Source: Raillietiella orientalis (Eukaryota). From it: a stretch of DNA of 64,000 nt. Below the pieces are notes generated by a model. That model searched no databases, was not told the DNA's origin, and saw only the letters and a program-made list of their open reading frames with translations. The stretch spans positions 1,426,001 through 1,490,000 of the forward strand of contig JAYWIR010000019.1 in NCBI GenBank assembly GCA_036172245.1, given 5' to 3'. A program made the translations under genes and the position numbers. Positions 25,400-38,099 of the stretch are shown here, one piece after another. Positions within the stretch are counted from its first letter, which is position 1. Every line of letters starts with the position of its first letter.

Positions 25400-27900
25400 A
25401 AGAGGGGAAGTGGGCCCCCCTCTTGCAGCAGGGAAAAGGGTCAGAGTCGTTTCGTGCCTCCAGGGAGGTCTCTTTCATCGGCAGACTCCTCTCCTGGAGA
25501 ACTGCTGACGTAGATCTGCACAAACTCGACGAGTACATCATGAGAATCTATGGTGGATAATTTCCGGACGCACAGGGGTCCGCCATGACTCAGGGTGCTC
25601 GTCCCGGCGAGGGACGTAAAGTTCAAGGGCACGAGAAAAAAGTGTGAGCTTTTCCACCGCTTCGGTCAGCTTCTTTAGCTTCTGGGCTTCAACCAGCTCA
25701 AGGATTTCCAATCTGTACAAATGGTCTAAAGTGCCAAATGTTGCCACCAGAGGGAAGGAAGAGATTTGGGGCGATCGGCTGAACCCAGGATTCCCCTCTA
25801 GGAGAGAGAATGCAACAGTCATCTGCCATGGATCTGTTTCATCCACGAAAAGTGGTATTAACGGTTTTGGGTATTCGATTCATCTCCGTGTCTTCGGCTC
25901 ATCTCCAGGTCGGTGGCTCTCCTGCGGCACTAGCTCGCAGCTCCAACGGACGTAACGAGTTTGTGAGAGCTGGATCGGCAGACCGTTAATACGTTCTTTC
26001 GTTGCCGCTGACCTTGCCCTTCGTCGACCTTGGCTCCACCATGGCTCCTCCTGAAAACACTCCTTCCACCTTCCCGTTAACCCGAGCAACACTCGCTGAC
26101 GTATCCTCATCGGTTCCAACCACACAGCTTGGTCCCGTTCCTCGTCTTTTTCTCGCATCGCTGCTGTCTGCCTTTGCGGGCGGGTTCGTCCTTGGATTCC
26201 AGGAAAAGGGTGCGAGTCATCCGGTAGCCGGGGAATGTCCGTCCCCGCGGCCCGGATGACTCTTCCAAGAACTTTGATCTCAACCAAAAGGCCGAGAAGG
26301 TGGCTGACATCGCAGCTACATCTCAGTTGTCAGCTTTCCATGGAGGTCTGGGGTCATGAGTGCTCGTTCTCGAGGACGTGGTCCGATCCATTCCAGTTTG
26401 GAATGGATCGAACTGAAGTGGATGGAATGCTATTGCACCTGGAATTGCCTCCAGGTGCAATCGCGGCAGAAGACTCATTCAGATGGAGCCACTCGTTGCC
26501 TGCGTCTCTGGAGATCAACCTACCATGCGGCAATCTTGCCCGTGCGGCCTCAGAAGCAGCTCCGCCAGCCGGTAGGAAAAGCGTGACCGAAATCGGGAAC
26601 AGCCCCGCCAGTGTTTCACAGGTCAGGAACGTCTCTGCGCCCAGTGCTCACCTGGGAAGATTGTGGAAACTTCGTGGTCTGTCGGTTCAAGGTCGCCAGA
26701 ACCAGAACAAGGGGCATTTCATTTTTACATGTCCCTGATATTTGGTGGAGCATAGTGTTCCGTTTTTTATTGATTCTTTGAGGCCATAGCTGATTAGTTC
26801 TTGAACGTCTTTGGTAAGGTTAATGATGACTATTTTTTGGCCGGCGTACATGTAAGATGCATCTGCTTTTTTGCAGTTATTAAGGGAGAGGGCGTCGTAC
26901 TTTAGGTAAATATGCTTGGCTATAGTAGTTTTCCCGGAGTTTCCTTAGTAGTCGCTGTACCAGTGTATGTCTCTGTCGTTTGGATCTTTTGTTATTATTT
27001 CTATCAGGTTTTTTTGCCATATTTGAAGTTGTTTTCCTTCCATAGGGTCAGATTGGAAGTGAATCGTATACTGTCAGTTATGAAAAGTCTATGTTTGTCA
27101 TAGATTTCTCTCCAAATCCATTTTTCTGTCTTTCCATCTAATATCCATTGTTGTATCTGAGAAAAAATAGTTTTTAATGTGTTGGTTATCTTAAGTTTAC
27201 CTGTTTATGTATAGATTGTTTGGATTCTGTTTGAAGTGCACCATAGGTCCATGGATTTTCATCTTCTTTTTCGCAGTATTGTTTGGCTTGTTCTGGTGTT
27301 CTGCTGCATGATGGGCAGAATGCAAGCGTCTTGTGCGTTCTTCCCGCGCCGTGTGGCTCGAGTGGAGGTGAAAGTTCATTGCAAGCATTCCTGGTAGCTC
27401 AGCGGGGAACCAGGTTTTCAGGAAGGAAGGACAGTGAGGTTCCCGGAAGGCAAAGGAACGACGGGCTTTCGCCGGCGATCCTTTCCCGCAAACATCCCTT
27501 CCCTTTACCCTTTGGCACAGCGTCAAGGGTCAGGGCAATGCGCGATCTATTTACACATCACTGCCTTCCAAGCAAAAATCTCACAGCCGCAGGGGAAGCC
27601 GGGCTTCCCACCTGGTCCCTAGAACATCTCGTGCGCGGGTGGACCGAGTGAACTGGAGACGCCATGACCGCAGCGCTCCCTTGCCTGTTGGACAAGAAAG
27701 AGCAGCGGCCTTTCAGCTGGCTGGACATTTTCTTCTTCAGCACCGAAACACTGGCGTCCACGGAAAATATTTCCGGCGACAGATGCAAAGAATGCCTGGG
27801 ATGATTTTTCATGATGTCCCCAGTCTCGGCAACCTCTGGGCAGCGGAGGCTCGTAATTTTCTGCTTGTGGGTTGCTCACAGGGCGTCAGCCGTCCATTGC
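25400..27900 (+). mobile_element. Decayed R2-like non-LTR element interrupted by the Rep insert
   Basis: LDEYIMRIY, LSAFAGGFVL (decayed AFADDLVL), LARA..., HLGRLWKLRGLSV on the left of the insert; AFF/PAPCGSSGG, LPTWSLEHLVRG and STETLAS on the right, collinear with R2-type ORF order. Confidence 0.5.
26712..27305 (-). pseudogene. rep: Endogenous CRESS-DNA virus Rep fragment (nanovirus/alphasatellite-like), disrupted
   Basis: RTPEQAKQYCEKEDENPWTYG (HUH motif III; YCEK at 27278-27267), then after frameshifts QIWQKNLIEIITKDPNDRDIHWYSDY*GNSGKTTIAKHIYLKY (Walker A at 26944-26927)...KKADASYMYAGQKIVIINLTK...ISYGLKESIKNGTLCSTKY. Sharply AT-rich relative to the flanks. Confidence 0.88.
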
Positions 27901-28249
27901 TATCTAGTGCTGTTCCCCGGGAGCACATCCCATACCGCTTCTCCCGAACCTCTTTAGTTTCTCGTCATTAACCCTGGTTCCGTGAACGTGTCGGCGCTCA
28001 AGGAATGAGGCGTCAATGGCAAATGTAGGAAAGTGACGTCGGCAGCTCAGGGAAGAATGAGGACACGCCATTCGGAAAACTGCACCCTCAGCACAAGAGG
28101 ATGCGGCTCCTAGATGTCTCTCCGAGCATGTCGGTCTGCAAGCTGATGTTCCAGTTAGGGCGAAACTGAGGTCACCTTCGCTGACCGAATCTGGTGAGAC
28201 CTCCTCCCCCACGGAAGAGCATCCTTTCTCGAGAATACAACCCTCGAAA

Positions 28250-28520
28250 GCGCTTGGCGATCCCGTGCCCTACTCGGAACGGAACGTCGTCGCGAGCAGC
28301 TTCTTCCCGAAGATCATCATCGAGAGGTGCCAACTGGAAGGCACACGCACTCGCGAGAACCCTCGCAGCTAACTTGCTGCTGACTAGGAATCCTCCGTTC
28401 CCATCTGTTCCCATAGAAGCAAGCTCGCCCCAGAGGAACGCAATAATACATGCATTTGCACTCAGCCATAGTGGAGAGCAGCTAATGAACAACGATGCTG
28501 TGCGGGCGATCTGGAACTGA
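28250..28520 (-). mobile_element. Possible decayed APE endonuclease fragment of a LINE
   Basis: GTDGNGGFLVSSKL resembles the G..RNGVGFLV.K.L motif; weak. Confidence 0.25.
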
Positions 28521-30019
28521 TGGTGAGGTCAGGGAGACTTCGAATGCTTCACGAGTTCTGCCGAAGAGTGGTCGGTAAATGCCGACGAGTAAGCCTCGCT
28601 GGCAGACCAGAGGTGCGCAGAAAATCATCTTCAGGAAGCGCTGACCTCCCGTTGTCGTACCTGAGCGTTTGTGCGAGCACTCAGGCGTATTTTTAGATCC
28701 GGGCAAAGATCTGCAGTCTGTTTCCAGAGAGGAATCCGAATACCGCCTTTCCCTTCCCGGACTCCTACACTGCTAGCAGGGCAGCCACTGGGGAAGGTGG
28801 AGTAGATATTCCCGGATGGCAGCATTCAAGGAAACCTGGAGTTCGTTCGCTGAACAGGACGGCGGATGCTGAACAGCAAGAGTTTCCGAGGACGACTTGC
28901 AACCTCTGAAGAGGCCGGTAACTTTACCGCTGTCGATTGCTCCGAACTTTCGACCCCTCCTCACCCGGAGGCGCGGGATTCATCCCGGAGAACGCTCTGC
29001 CCGATCGCAAAGAGGCGGCAGATGCAGGTATCACCGGCGACAGGAGAAGGTCTGGGGCGTTCCGTCGTGCCCGTGGGAGATAGACCCAGCAGCAGCAGCA
29101 CCACAAGCACTCGGATGCTGGTAAGGCAGATATCCGGATCGAGGAAAACGAAGCGGACGTTTTGGAAGTACCCGGTGTCGGCGTGCGCGCCAGCAAGAAA
29201 GTCGCTCCGAGCGACGCGCAGTCCAGAGCAGGACAGCGTGGACGTCACCCGTTGCGAAGCACCCGGACCGAAGGAGGACCGCGTCCGGCACCAGGGCATT
29301 CCGACCGATGCGACGGCGAGAGCCTCCGCTTCGCAGCTTGAGGATCGATCCGCGCGACGCGACCCGAGCTTCCGCCGGGGTGGGCGTCGCCTTCCCAGAC
29401 ACGTCGCTGGCCACCCTTGCGGAAGAATCGCAAAGCACCACTTACCCTCAGCGACCGGAGGGCGGTCGACAAAAGCGGGTGACTTCGATCGAGAAGGGGA
29501 TGCGTGGCCGTCAGCACCAGACCGGACCATTCCGGGAGCAGACCGGAAGCGGCCGCCGCATCTCCAGTCCCGGGACGAAGGGACGATGGTGACGATGGTC
29601 TCTTGACCTTACGAGGGAGCACCTACGGCCCTGGGAAAGGAAAGCCAGAGAAGGGATCGGAGCTCTTTTCCTCCGAAGAGCAATGGTAGTGGGACCTTCG
29701 TGATCTCGAGACTCGGGAAATGATGAAGTGTTGAGGCAGCCGAAAATTCAAAGTAGCAAGAAGAGCATGCCATGCAGAGGGGCGTGTCCGGACCTGCAAG
29801 TTCCCGATATACGTATCCCAAGCACAGGAAGAGTCCTTCCCCTAATAAAAGGAATCCTCTAAAGACAAAAGAAGGGAATCAATGGAGCGCAGTGGAACCT
29901 GTCCCTACTCATCCGCTCATTCCCCTCATTGACATATGTTGAACAATTGGACCGCTATCAAAATGGTACCTCTCACTATTTTGTTTGACTCCTTTTTTCG
30001 ATGTAGCACACACGTCTCA

Positions 30020-30570
30020 GGAGAGAACACTCGCCCTGGTTGTCTCCAGGGAAACGTTTTCCTTGTTCTCTCCGGAGATGAAGAGAATAATGAAGTGGGC
30101 CCCTCCGGTCTCATGGAGGAGGCCACTCCATTATCCCTCTTCCGAAGGGAACCCGAAAAGGATCCTCTCCTGGGATTTCTTTCTCCAGAGGCATTCGCAA
30201 GGGAACCGCTCCTTGTTGCTTCTCTTCAGAGGAAGGATCGCTGAAGAGTGATTCCCCGAAGGGAGCAGTGCGCTTCTGACATTCTGAAGAGGTAACCCCC
30301 CCCGAGGGAGGTATGCTCCATGACACGGAACGAAAAGTCTCACCGGAGGTATTGGATTTGATGCCTTTTTCACAACCGGAGGGGAGCACCCTGGAGAGCT
30401 CCTTGATGTCCTGCAAGGACCTCGGAGGGTCGACTTTCGATCCCAGCCTGTCAACGGGGGCCATCTGATGTCTGGTTTCCAACGGTGCTATACGCGGAGC
30501 CCCTGCGGCCAACCAATGTCATCCTGAGGTGGGGGAGAGGAAGGGGACTCGAAATCCGCGATGCCTTAGG
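30020..30570 (-). mobile_element. tRNA-derived SINE-like family copy (core and array)
   Basis: Reverse complement: GGATTTCGAGTCCCC...CAGGATGACATTGGTTGGCC...CCCCCGTTGACAGGCTGGGATCGAAAGTCGACC...CTCCCTTCGGGG...CAAGGAGCGGTTCCCTTGC. Confidence 0.75.
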
Positions 30571-31444
30571 ACCGAGGCATCTTTGCAGCTTGTGTCCAGG
30601 CGATCATCTCGTGCCTGGACACAAGTGGACTGTCCAATGCGAACAAGGAAGGCTGATGGTGGACGAGAGCAGCTTTTCGTGAAGACGTCAGCCGACTGAG
30701 AAGTGGTTGATTGTTGGGTGTTCCCGTCTTCCCGTCTGTAGTTGTTCCGTTCGCTTCCGCGCCCGCCATCATCAGCGTAATGAGAAGATCGTTATGGTCT
30801 TCTAAGTCCATCCCCGGAGCCAGCAGCCTGAGTGAAGCAAAAAGTCCAAAAGTAGGGCCCTTGAACTCCGGAGGTCCCCTTGCGACGTAAAGAAAGGAAG
30901 GAGGAAAAAAAGGAAGGAAAGAAGGAAGAAATTGGCTGTGTAAAGTTTAAATTTAGGACTTCATCAAGCCCCAGCACATTTCTTAAATCACGCGTTGCTC
31001 GTAACAACCAGCCAGAAAAGCAGAAGAAAAAAAAACTTCTTCATCACCGACTTTAAATGATGATTGAGGACCGAATCTTCTCATCCAGTCTTGTTCTGAG
31101 GGAGCGAAGTAGCTTCGAGGGAACGAGAACGACGGAAAACGTCGAGCCTTGTTCTTGCGAGGGGGATAAGGGGGAGGGGCGATCCCGGATTGGAGAAAAA
31201 GTAGGCGTTCCGTTCGTACGGATTCCAGGGAAGGCGCGGCGTGCGATTTCGACTCACCTCCCAGAGATGGGAGCCGAGCAAGCTGACGAAAGAAAGATGG
31301 CAACTTCCGGGATGAAGGAGAGAGAGTCGAAGCCAGAGCAGAGGACCCACGAGACCGACCGAACGCCTTCGAACGCAAAGATCCTCCATACCAGGTGGAC
31401 ACGGTCGAGAACATGGACTCCGCTCGCGGTACCGAGCGTTGCGA

Positions 31445-32311
31445 GTTCGAATCCGGCCCGGGGAAGGATCGACCAGCGTCGTCTCCTACGCAGGACGACG
31501 CTGGTTGGCCCCGGTTGGCTTCGGGTATGGCACGCCCCCCGTTGACAGACCGGGATTGGAAGTTGATCTTCCGGGATCCTCCCAGAAATGAAGGGGTCGG
31601 TTCTCTTCGGGTCCCCTTCCGGTTGGCAAAACGGAGCCGTCCTCTCCTTCTGGGACGGACCCCCATCGCGTACCATGGAGATGGCTGATACCCCCCTCGG
31701 TGAGTCGCCTCTCCAGAGTGTAAAAAGCTCTCTTCTCCCTTCGGGATTCTCTCCAGTGGAGGAAACCAGGAACAGCTCCCTAACGGGTGTCCTCCGGAGA
31801 AGAAATTCCAGGAGCGAATCCTTTCCGAGTTCCCTTCGGAGACAACCAGGACGAAGGCTCCCTTCCGGGTTCCCCTTCCAGGCGTAAGAGGAACGGATTC
31901 CTTACTCCAGAGCCTTCCTGGATTCATAGGGTGGTCCCTCCCGGAGTACCATCTATAACTAGAAGAGTTACGCGCGCTCTCGGGTGGCATGGACCGTGTC
32001 AAAGAAAGTCGTGAGGTCCCCCTGTGGAGACGAGCGGCTCCCCGGCACTCGTGGAAAACCGAAAAAGAGGGAAGATGGAAGGAAAGAGGATTTCCATCAT
32101 CCCGAAAGTGCGGTAATTAAGGGAAGAAGGCGACCCTTCCCCGCACCTGCTGTTGGACTGTGCTGCCCTCCGACCCCCTTGGCATCACCACGTGACGACC
32201 CTAGGATTTCCAGCGAAGGGCCCCCCAGGGGCATTTGGAAACGCCTCTTTGAGCGTACCGCGCTGCCGCTAGCCACGTCCCTTGCGGTTCTCCGCTGCCC
32301 CGTCTGCGGGA
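31445..32311 (+). repeat. 867-bp direct duplication, copy 2 (SINE copy plus ~330 bp 3' flank)
   Basis: Near-identical to 22311-23177 and starts exactly at GTTCGAATCC. Confidence 0.95.
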
Positions 32312-33789
32312 TGGTGACTGCCTGGAACTCCCAGAAGAGGCTGGAATAGCAGGGATGGCGCAAATCTTCATGAAGATCGCCTCCAGATGGCCCCACTGTG
32401 AAGCCACTGTGAAATGCACCGTCAGAAGGACTAGTGAGGGATCCGGGACGCGAGCGGTGTAGGATGATGGAACGGGAATGGAGCGCCCACGACGCCGGCT
32501 CGGCTTACGAAACCCCGGAGACGGAGTCGGTTTCCAGAGATACAGCGTAGATCGTGGAAGTTGCGCGCGCATCGAGATGAAATGGGAATGGCTCCTGTGA
32601 CAAAAACGAAGTGCTTGCGATCGACGGCAACGACAGGAAATGCCTTAGCGGGGCCACAGTCGGCGCCGCAGCAGCGTCTGCTAAGGGGAGCGGCCGACGT
32701 CGCCCGTAGATGATGTCTTTACGAGTGGGAGACGTTCCGGGAAGCAAAAGAGCTGAACCGAAATCAAGTGCCGTCTCCTTCCGCGCCAATCCGATTAGAC
32801 ATCACGGAATTCTCGGGAAAGTCTCGCGCCCAAGTTATAATCAAGCGCGTCTGTGGTTAAAATACCCCGCCGTCGTGGAAGTAAAGGACTGAGAAGGAAA
32901 AAGAAAGAAGGATGAGAAGGGGAGGAGGAAAGAAAGGAACCTCCACAGTAAATTCCTTGAGGATTTGATTAACCATTCATTGGCTGTATTTTGATTGGCT
33001 CCAGAGGCTGCAGCCGGACCCTGAACCAGGTGGCCGGGATGGTGGCTGCCTGGCATTCCTTGTGCGGGAGCCGAGAGGGCGATTGACGGTGGAAACGACT
33101 GACGCCGCGGAACTTGCAAGAGAGTCCGTCCGATGGGATCCCCCCAAACCCGGCGACGATCGAAATCGCACGGAAGAGACCGATTCACGGGAAAGGAGTT
33201 CAGGCGCGCCGGTTGGGAGAGGAGCACATTCTGGGGCTCCGTGAGTTCACGGAAGCTGAAACGAGGGATGTCGAGATCGGAAGTTTCAGGGGCTCGTCCT
33301 CGATGCACGAAGAAAGCGTACGGCGGCATGGGGAATTCCCGAGGGCGACCAAAGGTGGTACGGGAACCGCAGCCAATGTGATGATGGGATCGACTGGTCT
33401 CCCCCGCGCACAGACGTCGGGGACCTTCACGAGAATACCTCGCGAGAGAAGGAGGACGAAACGCCTGCTGCGGGGAAGCAGAAGGAGCGGGAGCGTAGAA
33501 GCCAGTGGTGGGAGGGTATGGGTCTCTGAGGAAGGGTGAGGAGGCAGCCAAAACCTCGGGCCGAGATGCATGTACCTTGCAGAAGAAAAAAAACTGCCGA
33601 AGAGCTTCCTCCAAATCACCGAGAGACAACCTTCCGTATGATCCGGGGATCCTTTGGGGTTATTTCCTATCCCCCTGTTTTTTTTCCAGTTTTTTTCCTT
33701 TTGCGGGGTGGGGGTTCACCAAGTGCTGAAGAACCGTTCGCCGCCTTAGGAGAGGCGCACGGAGCTCTTTGATGCTGTTTACGCCACTC

Positions 33790-33965
33790 TGGAGTGCGTG
33801 TTAACTCTTCAATTTAGGGGTTACCCGCGAAGAGATCACCCCATGAATCCATGAAGAGCTCTGAAGGAAGGAGTTTGCACTCCTTACCTCCTTACTCTTT
33901 GAAGGGAGCAGTGCAATTTCTGACATTCTGGAGAGGAAACTCCCTCTTCGATGGAGGTGTTGATC
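33790..33965 (-). mobile_element. 3' part of the SINE-like family
   Basis: Reverse complement ends ...GGATTCATGGGGTG...CCCCTAAATTGAAGAGTTAACACGCAC, matching 38885-38910 and 62771-62785. Confidence 0.7.
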
Positions 33966-33984
33966 AGATCCGTTCTTGTCTTCA

Positions 33985-34830
33985 CAAAGCACTGCAGGCA
34001 CTCGGCCCCGTTCCAAAGAGACAGGTTTCAACTGCCAGAACGGGCCGCGGTGTGGAACACGTTCGTGTCTCTCCTTCTTCACTCCCTGCTTCTTGTTTGC
34101 CCTCAGCCATGCAGCATTAGAAAGCGGACAAAGGACCTCCTCCTGATCGTCTGTGGGGCAAAGGGAGGTCCCGAGTCCGCCTAAAGGAATTGTGTGCTCC
34201 GCGCCGAGACGGTGGCATAGGCATTTCCTGACACTGGAGCTAACGGAGCTGCATCTCCAGTAAAGAACACTTTTCCTAGTGGCGAAGCTGTGGCGCACGA
34301 ACTGGTGCCAACCTGCACGTCTTCTCGTCAAGCGAGCCACCGACAGTGTGGAACTCGCGTCCTTCCTTGCGCGCCGTCCACGTATTCTCATATACTGTGG
34401 ACTGCACCTGCGGAAGATGGTCACGCTGGCCAGGAAAAACGGACGGATCTCGTGCCGCCCCGCTAACGGTGGTGCCTGGTTGCAGGAAACCGTTCGCACG
34501 TGAGCGAGGATCCAGGAGCCAAGCACGGAACAGGTGCGACGCTCCCTGTACGCGCGTAACAACTGCACGCTCAGGTCGATCCTGGAAGATCCCGTAAAGA
34601 GTTCATGGGTAGGCAGACCCTCTCTCGCCGCCGCGCTGCCCCCCTTTAGGGAGCACATGGGCAGCAACCTCGCGGAAAAATGCGAGGTTACTGTGGAAAT
34701 CTCCGGAAGGAGAAAAGGACTGGGCGAATGGACGAAGGGACAGCCCATCGACGTCTTGCGACCCCGATTGCTCGACGTCATGGACTTTTACACTGGGGAG
34801 TGCCACTGGGTATTCCGGAGGAAGATCTTC
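33985..34830 (+). mobile_element. Second decayed Tx1/L1-like LINE ORF2 fragment
   Basis: FQRDRFQLPERAAVWNTFV and RVRLKELCAPRRDGGIG are homologous to 24265-24480. Confidence 0.8.
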
Positions 34831-35021
34831 AGTGACCCTCGATGCTCATGAACACCCGCACCCTTTTCTTAAAGTGGCAACAGTCGTTGTTGATGCTGCT
34901 GCACTAGGGCCTCTCCTGCAACGCCCGCCGGCATCATTAGACACGATTGTGTGTGGATCCAAACTGTGTAAGATGCAGAGAGCGGGAATCCCTCTCTCAT
35001 CCCCTAGTGGAATGCGTTGCC

Positions 35022-35325
35022 TTACAAGGATGAAGAAAACCCTCCAGCACCTGGTGATCCCTTTCCGAACCCACTCATTTTTTTTTACTGTATGTTTTTT
35101 GTTTTATTTTTTTCTCTTTATTTGTCTCCCCTTCCCCTGTGCTGACGAGGCGAATCCGCTGGCCTGCCTGTCAGTTCCCGGCAGGTTCCTTCTCGTATTT
35201 ATAAGTGATGTGTCGGGATCAAACGTCCTGCCACAGACATGTATGTTTATTTTTTATAAATAAACGCCCCCGCGTGACCGGATGTCAATCAGTGCCGCAC
35301 CCGAAAATAAGCTGACCAGGGTCAT
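35022..35325. repeat. 304-bp inverted duplication, arm A (arm B at 38100-38403); a SINE head abuts it on the - strand at ~35300-35450
   Basis: The reverse complement matches 38100-38403 with about two mismatches. The same peptide (KTLQHLVIPFRTHSFFF...) appears in ORFs 34832+ and 38162-. Confidence 0.95.
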
Positions 35326-38099
35326 CTTGCCCGGCGGGAGGGAACTCGAAACCCATGATGCACCCATTTCTCGGCATCGATCCTTCCCCCCCATGGGGGG
35401 ATTCGAACCTGCAAAGCTTGGCAACACGCACAGCGATGGCAGCCACGCGGTCTTCTTTCGACAAAGTGCTGAAAGTCGATCACCTGCGACTCTTGCCACG
35501 AGCACTGTATATCGGACAGAAGTTCGGGAGGAAAGAGGAGGGAGGCTGAAACCGAATCCAGCTTCCCGAAAACCTCCTGCGATAAAGGAGTGCTGGGATG
35601 CGCTGCGAAATGTTTGGGATCGCTGCATTCCAATCGGTCACAGGAGGAGGGAGTCGCTCCCTCCAAAGGCTTGCCTCATGTGAAGCGAGACTGTCGTTTG
35701 GAGGAAGCGCTCGATAATTACGAGGAAGCCGTATGGCTACCTCCGCAGCTGTCAGCAAGGAACATCGTTACTTCCGGGGGTCCCAGGGGTTTCATGAATA
35801 TGTGGAGAGTTCGGAAGGGCGGCAAGGATCGCTGGTAACTGCTTCGCAGACAGCACCAAGACGACGGTCTGAATTTTCGACCCCCCGCGGAACTGACACC
35901 AGGATGTCCAGGGAAACTGGAAGCGACAGAAAAAGAGGCTATGACTTGACACTTGACGCTGTAACACGGCAGGAGTCGACCTGCAGGTGAGAGGCCACCG
36001 CGGGCAGACCAATGGAATGAGATGCTTCCACTTGCTTCGATGATTGCTTTGACCAAGAGCTAACATTCGGGACCCAAAATATAAAGACAAGGGTTCACCT
36101 TCGCGTTCATCCTAGAAGAATTGGAAAGTGGGCAAAGTCCAGTTCGGGCTTCCCCAGTCTCGGCTCTTGAGACCATACGAGTCGTCTCGGATTCCGCTCT
36201 CAGCCACAGGATGGGAATCGTCGCTTCGTGTGACGTCACGAGCGCGTGATGCCGAAGCGCAATACCCGACCGATCCACGGAATTCCTGAACCGATTCCTG
36301 AACGGACGCCGGGGATCCAGATCGGAGACTCTGGAACGAACGTGAATGCCGTCTGCTGGAGGAAGACATTTTTCTTCAGGTGGATGGAGGGATCTGTATG
36401 AAGCTTTTCCGAATCTGTTGACCCTCACCCGTGCACATCCGTCCCCGTCGTCCGCGCTTCATCAAGCCATGTCTAAAACAAGGTCAATCATGCAGTATGT
36501 TTTGTGTACAATTAAATGTCCATTTCCGCGTACTCAGATCCAAGCTGCAAGTGCTTCAGAGTTTTGTGTGATCAAGGGACGAAAGCGAACCTCCAACCCA
36601 CTGAAAGTCAGGAATGTGACCTTCCACCGAGAACTGAGCTGCAAGAACTTCTGAGGTGCCGCAAGGATTTTGAACGAATTCTTGGAACACCCCCCGATTT
36701 CGGCTGAAGCCGCTCAGGAAGCGCACAGGGCGCCCCAAGGAGCTGAAGAAAGAGCTGGCGCGACGTGTCCCGCGTTCTTGCCATTCCAGCCTTTCTGCTT
36801 AACACCCGCTTGCCGCTCGAGGATCCGGGAAGACCCAGCCGATCCGGGAAACGATCACAGGTTTCCACTTCCGCGCCGCGACCAACGGGTCGAGTCGACT
36901 AAAAGAGACACAGTTTGGAACTTTGACTCTGAAGGAGCCTGAAACAGATTTCCAGCACATATCGTGGAAGCTGAGGTGACTTCAGAACATCGTTCCGGGC
37001 TTGGCGGGCGAAGAGACTGCGCTCTTCAACATCTCAAAACCAGGAGACCATTCTTTGACCGACTGGTCATCCATCCGATCCCACGAAGCATATTTCATAA
37101 GCCACAACAGACGCTCGTGGGACACCTTGGGGTTGCTTCTGGCTCCTTCTTTCGGATGGGGCAGTGACGAGCGCCTTCGAAAGTCCAAAGTGCACCCACG
37201 GCTGGAAAGAAAGTTGATGAGCACCGCTGATAGAGGGTGCTCGAAGACCTCTGGTCGTGTTCTTATGGTGATTCGAAAGCACGGGATCTGGAAACTTGTG
37301 GTCCAGCCGGGAACCGGAGAAGGGTACGTCATAAGAAGGCCTTGGTCAGCTTCGAATTTCCTGCTAGACGGAATGGAACACTCAAGTGACCTACTCGTGC
37401 CTCCGTCTCCGGAGCGTCCGGACTGCTCCAAATCTACATGCCAACTCCCCCGCTAAATGGAAATTTTTCTTCCAGGCGTGGATGGAGGGCTCTAAGGTCT
37501 ATTCTCACGGCCCCAGCTGCGAATGCTGCAAACGTGCACAGTCGGGCGCGTTGCTTTGGTACACGCCTTCCCAATGATAAAACTCCTACAAGATGCGAGT
37601 CACGAAAAATCAAAAGTCCTGAGTTGGGCGGCTAATGGTTTCAGAAAGACGGAGATCGCAGATCCACTTCGAAGTTCAGGATGGACTGGTTGCTGTTCCC
37701 TCCCTCCGCTTCTCTTTCCCATACATAGATGTGTGCTCTTCTGCTCCCAATCAGGACACACTCCCTGCTACCTCCTGCATCTTAAGGAGCGGTTTCTCGT
37801 GTTGAATATGCGGAGAAATTGCGGAGGTGATTTCTAACGAGATTTTTCTCTCTGCGTGCGGAGAGAAAAATTGCTACTAATTGCTACTTGCTAATACCTT
37901 GCTAATTTGTTCCTGATGGTCTGCGTGCCTGCTCCTCTTTTCCGAATCGATCTTTCCCGCGATTTCTCGGGACTGCGCTAGAGGCTGTTTGGCTTCGGTC
38001 TCCGCTAGCGGTGCCAGGCATCGAGAGTTCGAATCCCGCCCTGGAAAGGATTGAGGCCAGAGTTATGGGCGCGTCGTGAATTCCAGTCCCCCTCGCAAA

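Noticed and set aside
35141..35190. CTGACGAG as a hammerhead ribozyme core
   Set aside because: No correctly placed GAAA after stem II and no closing stems found.
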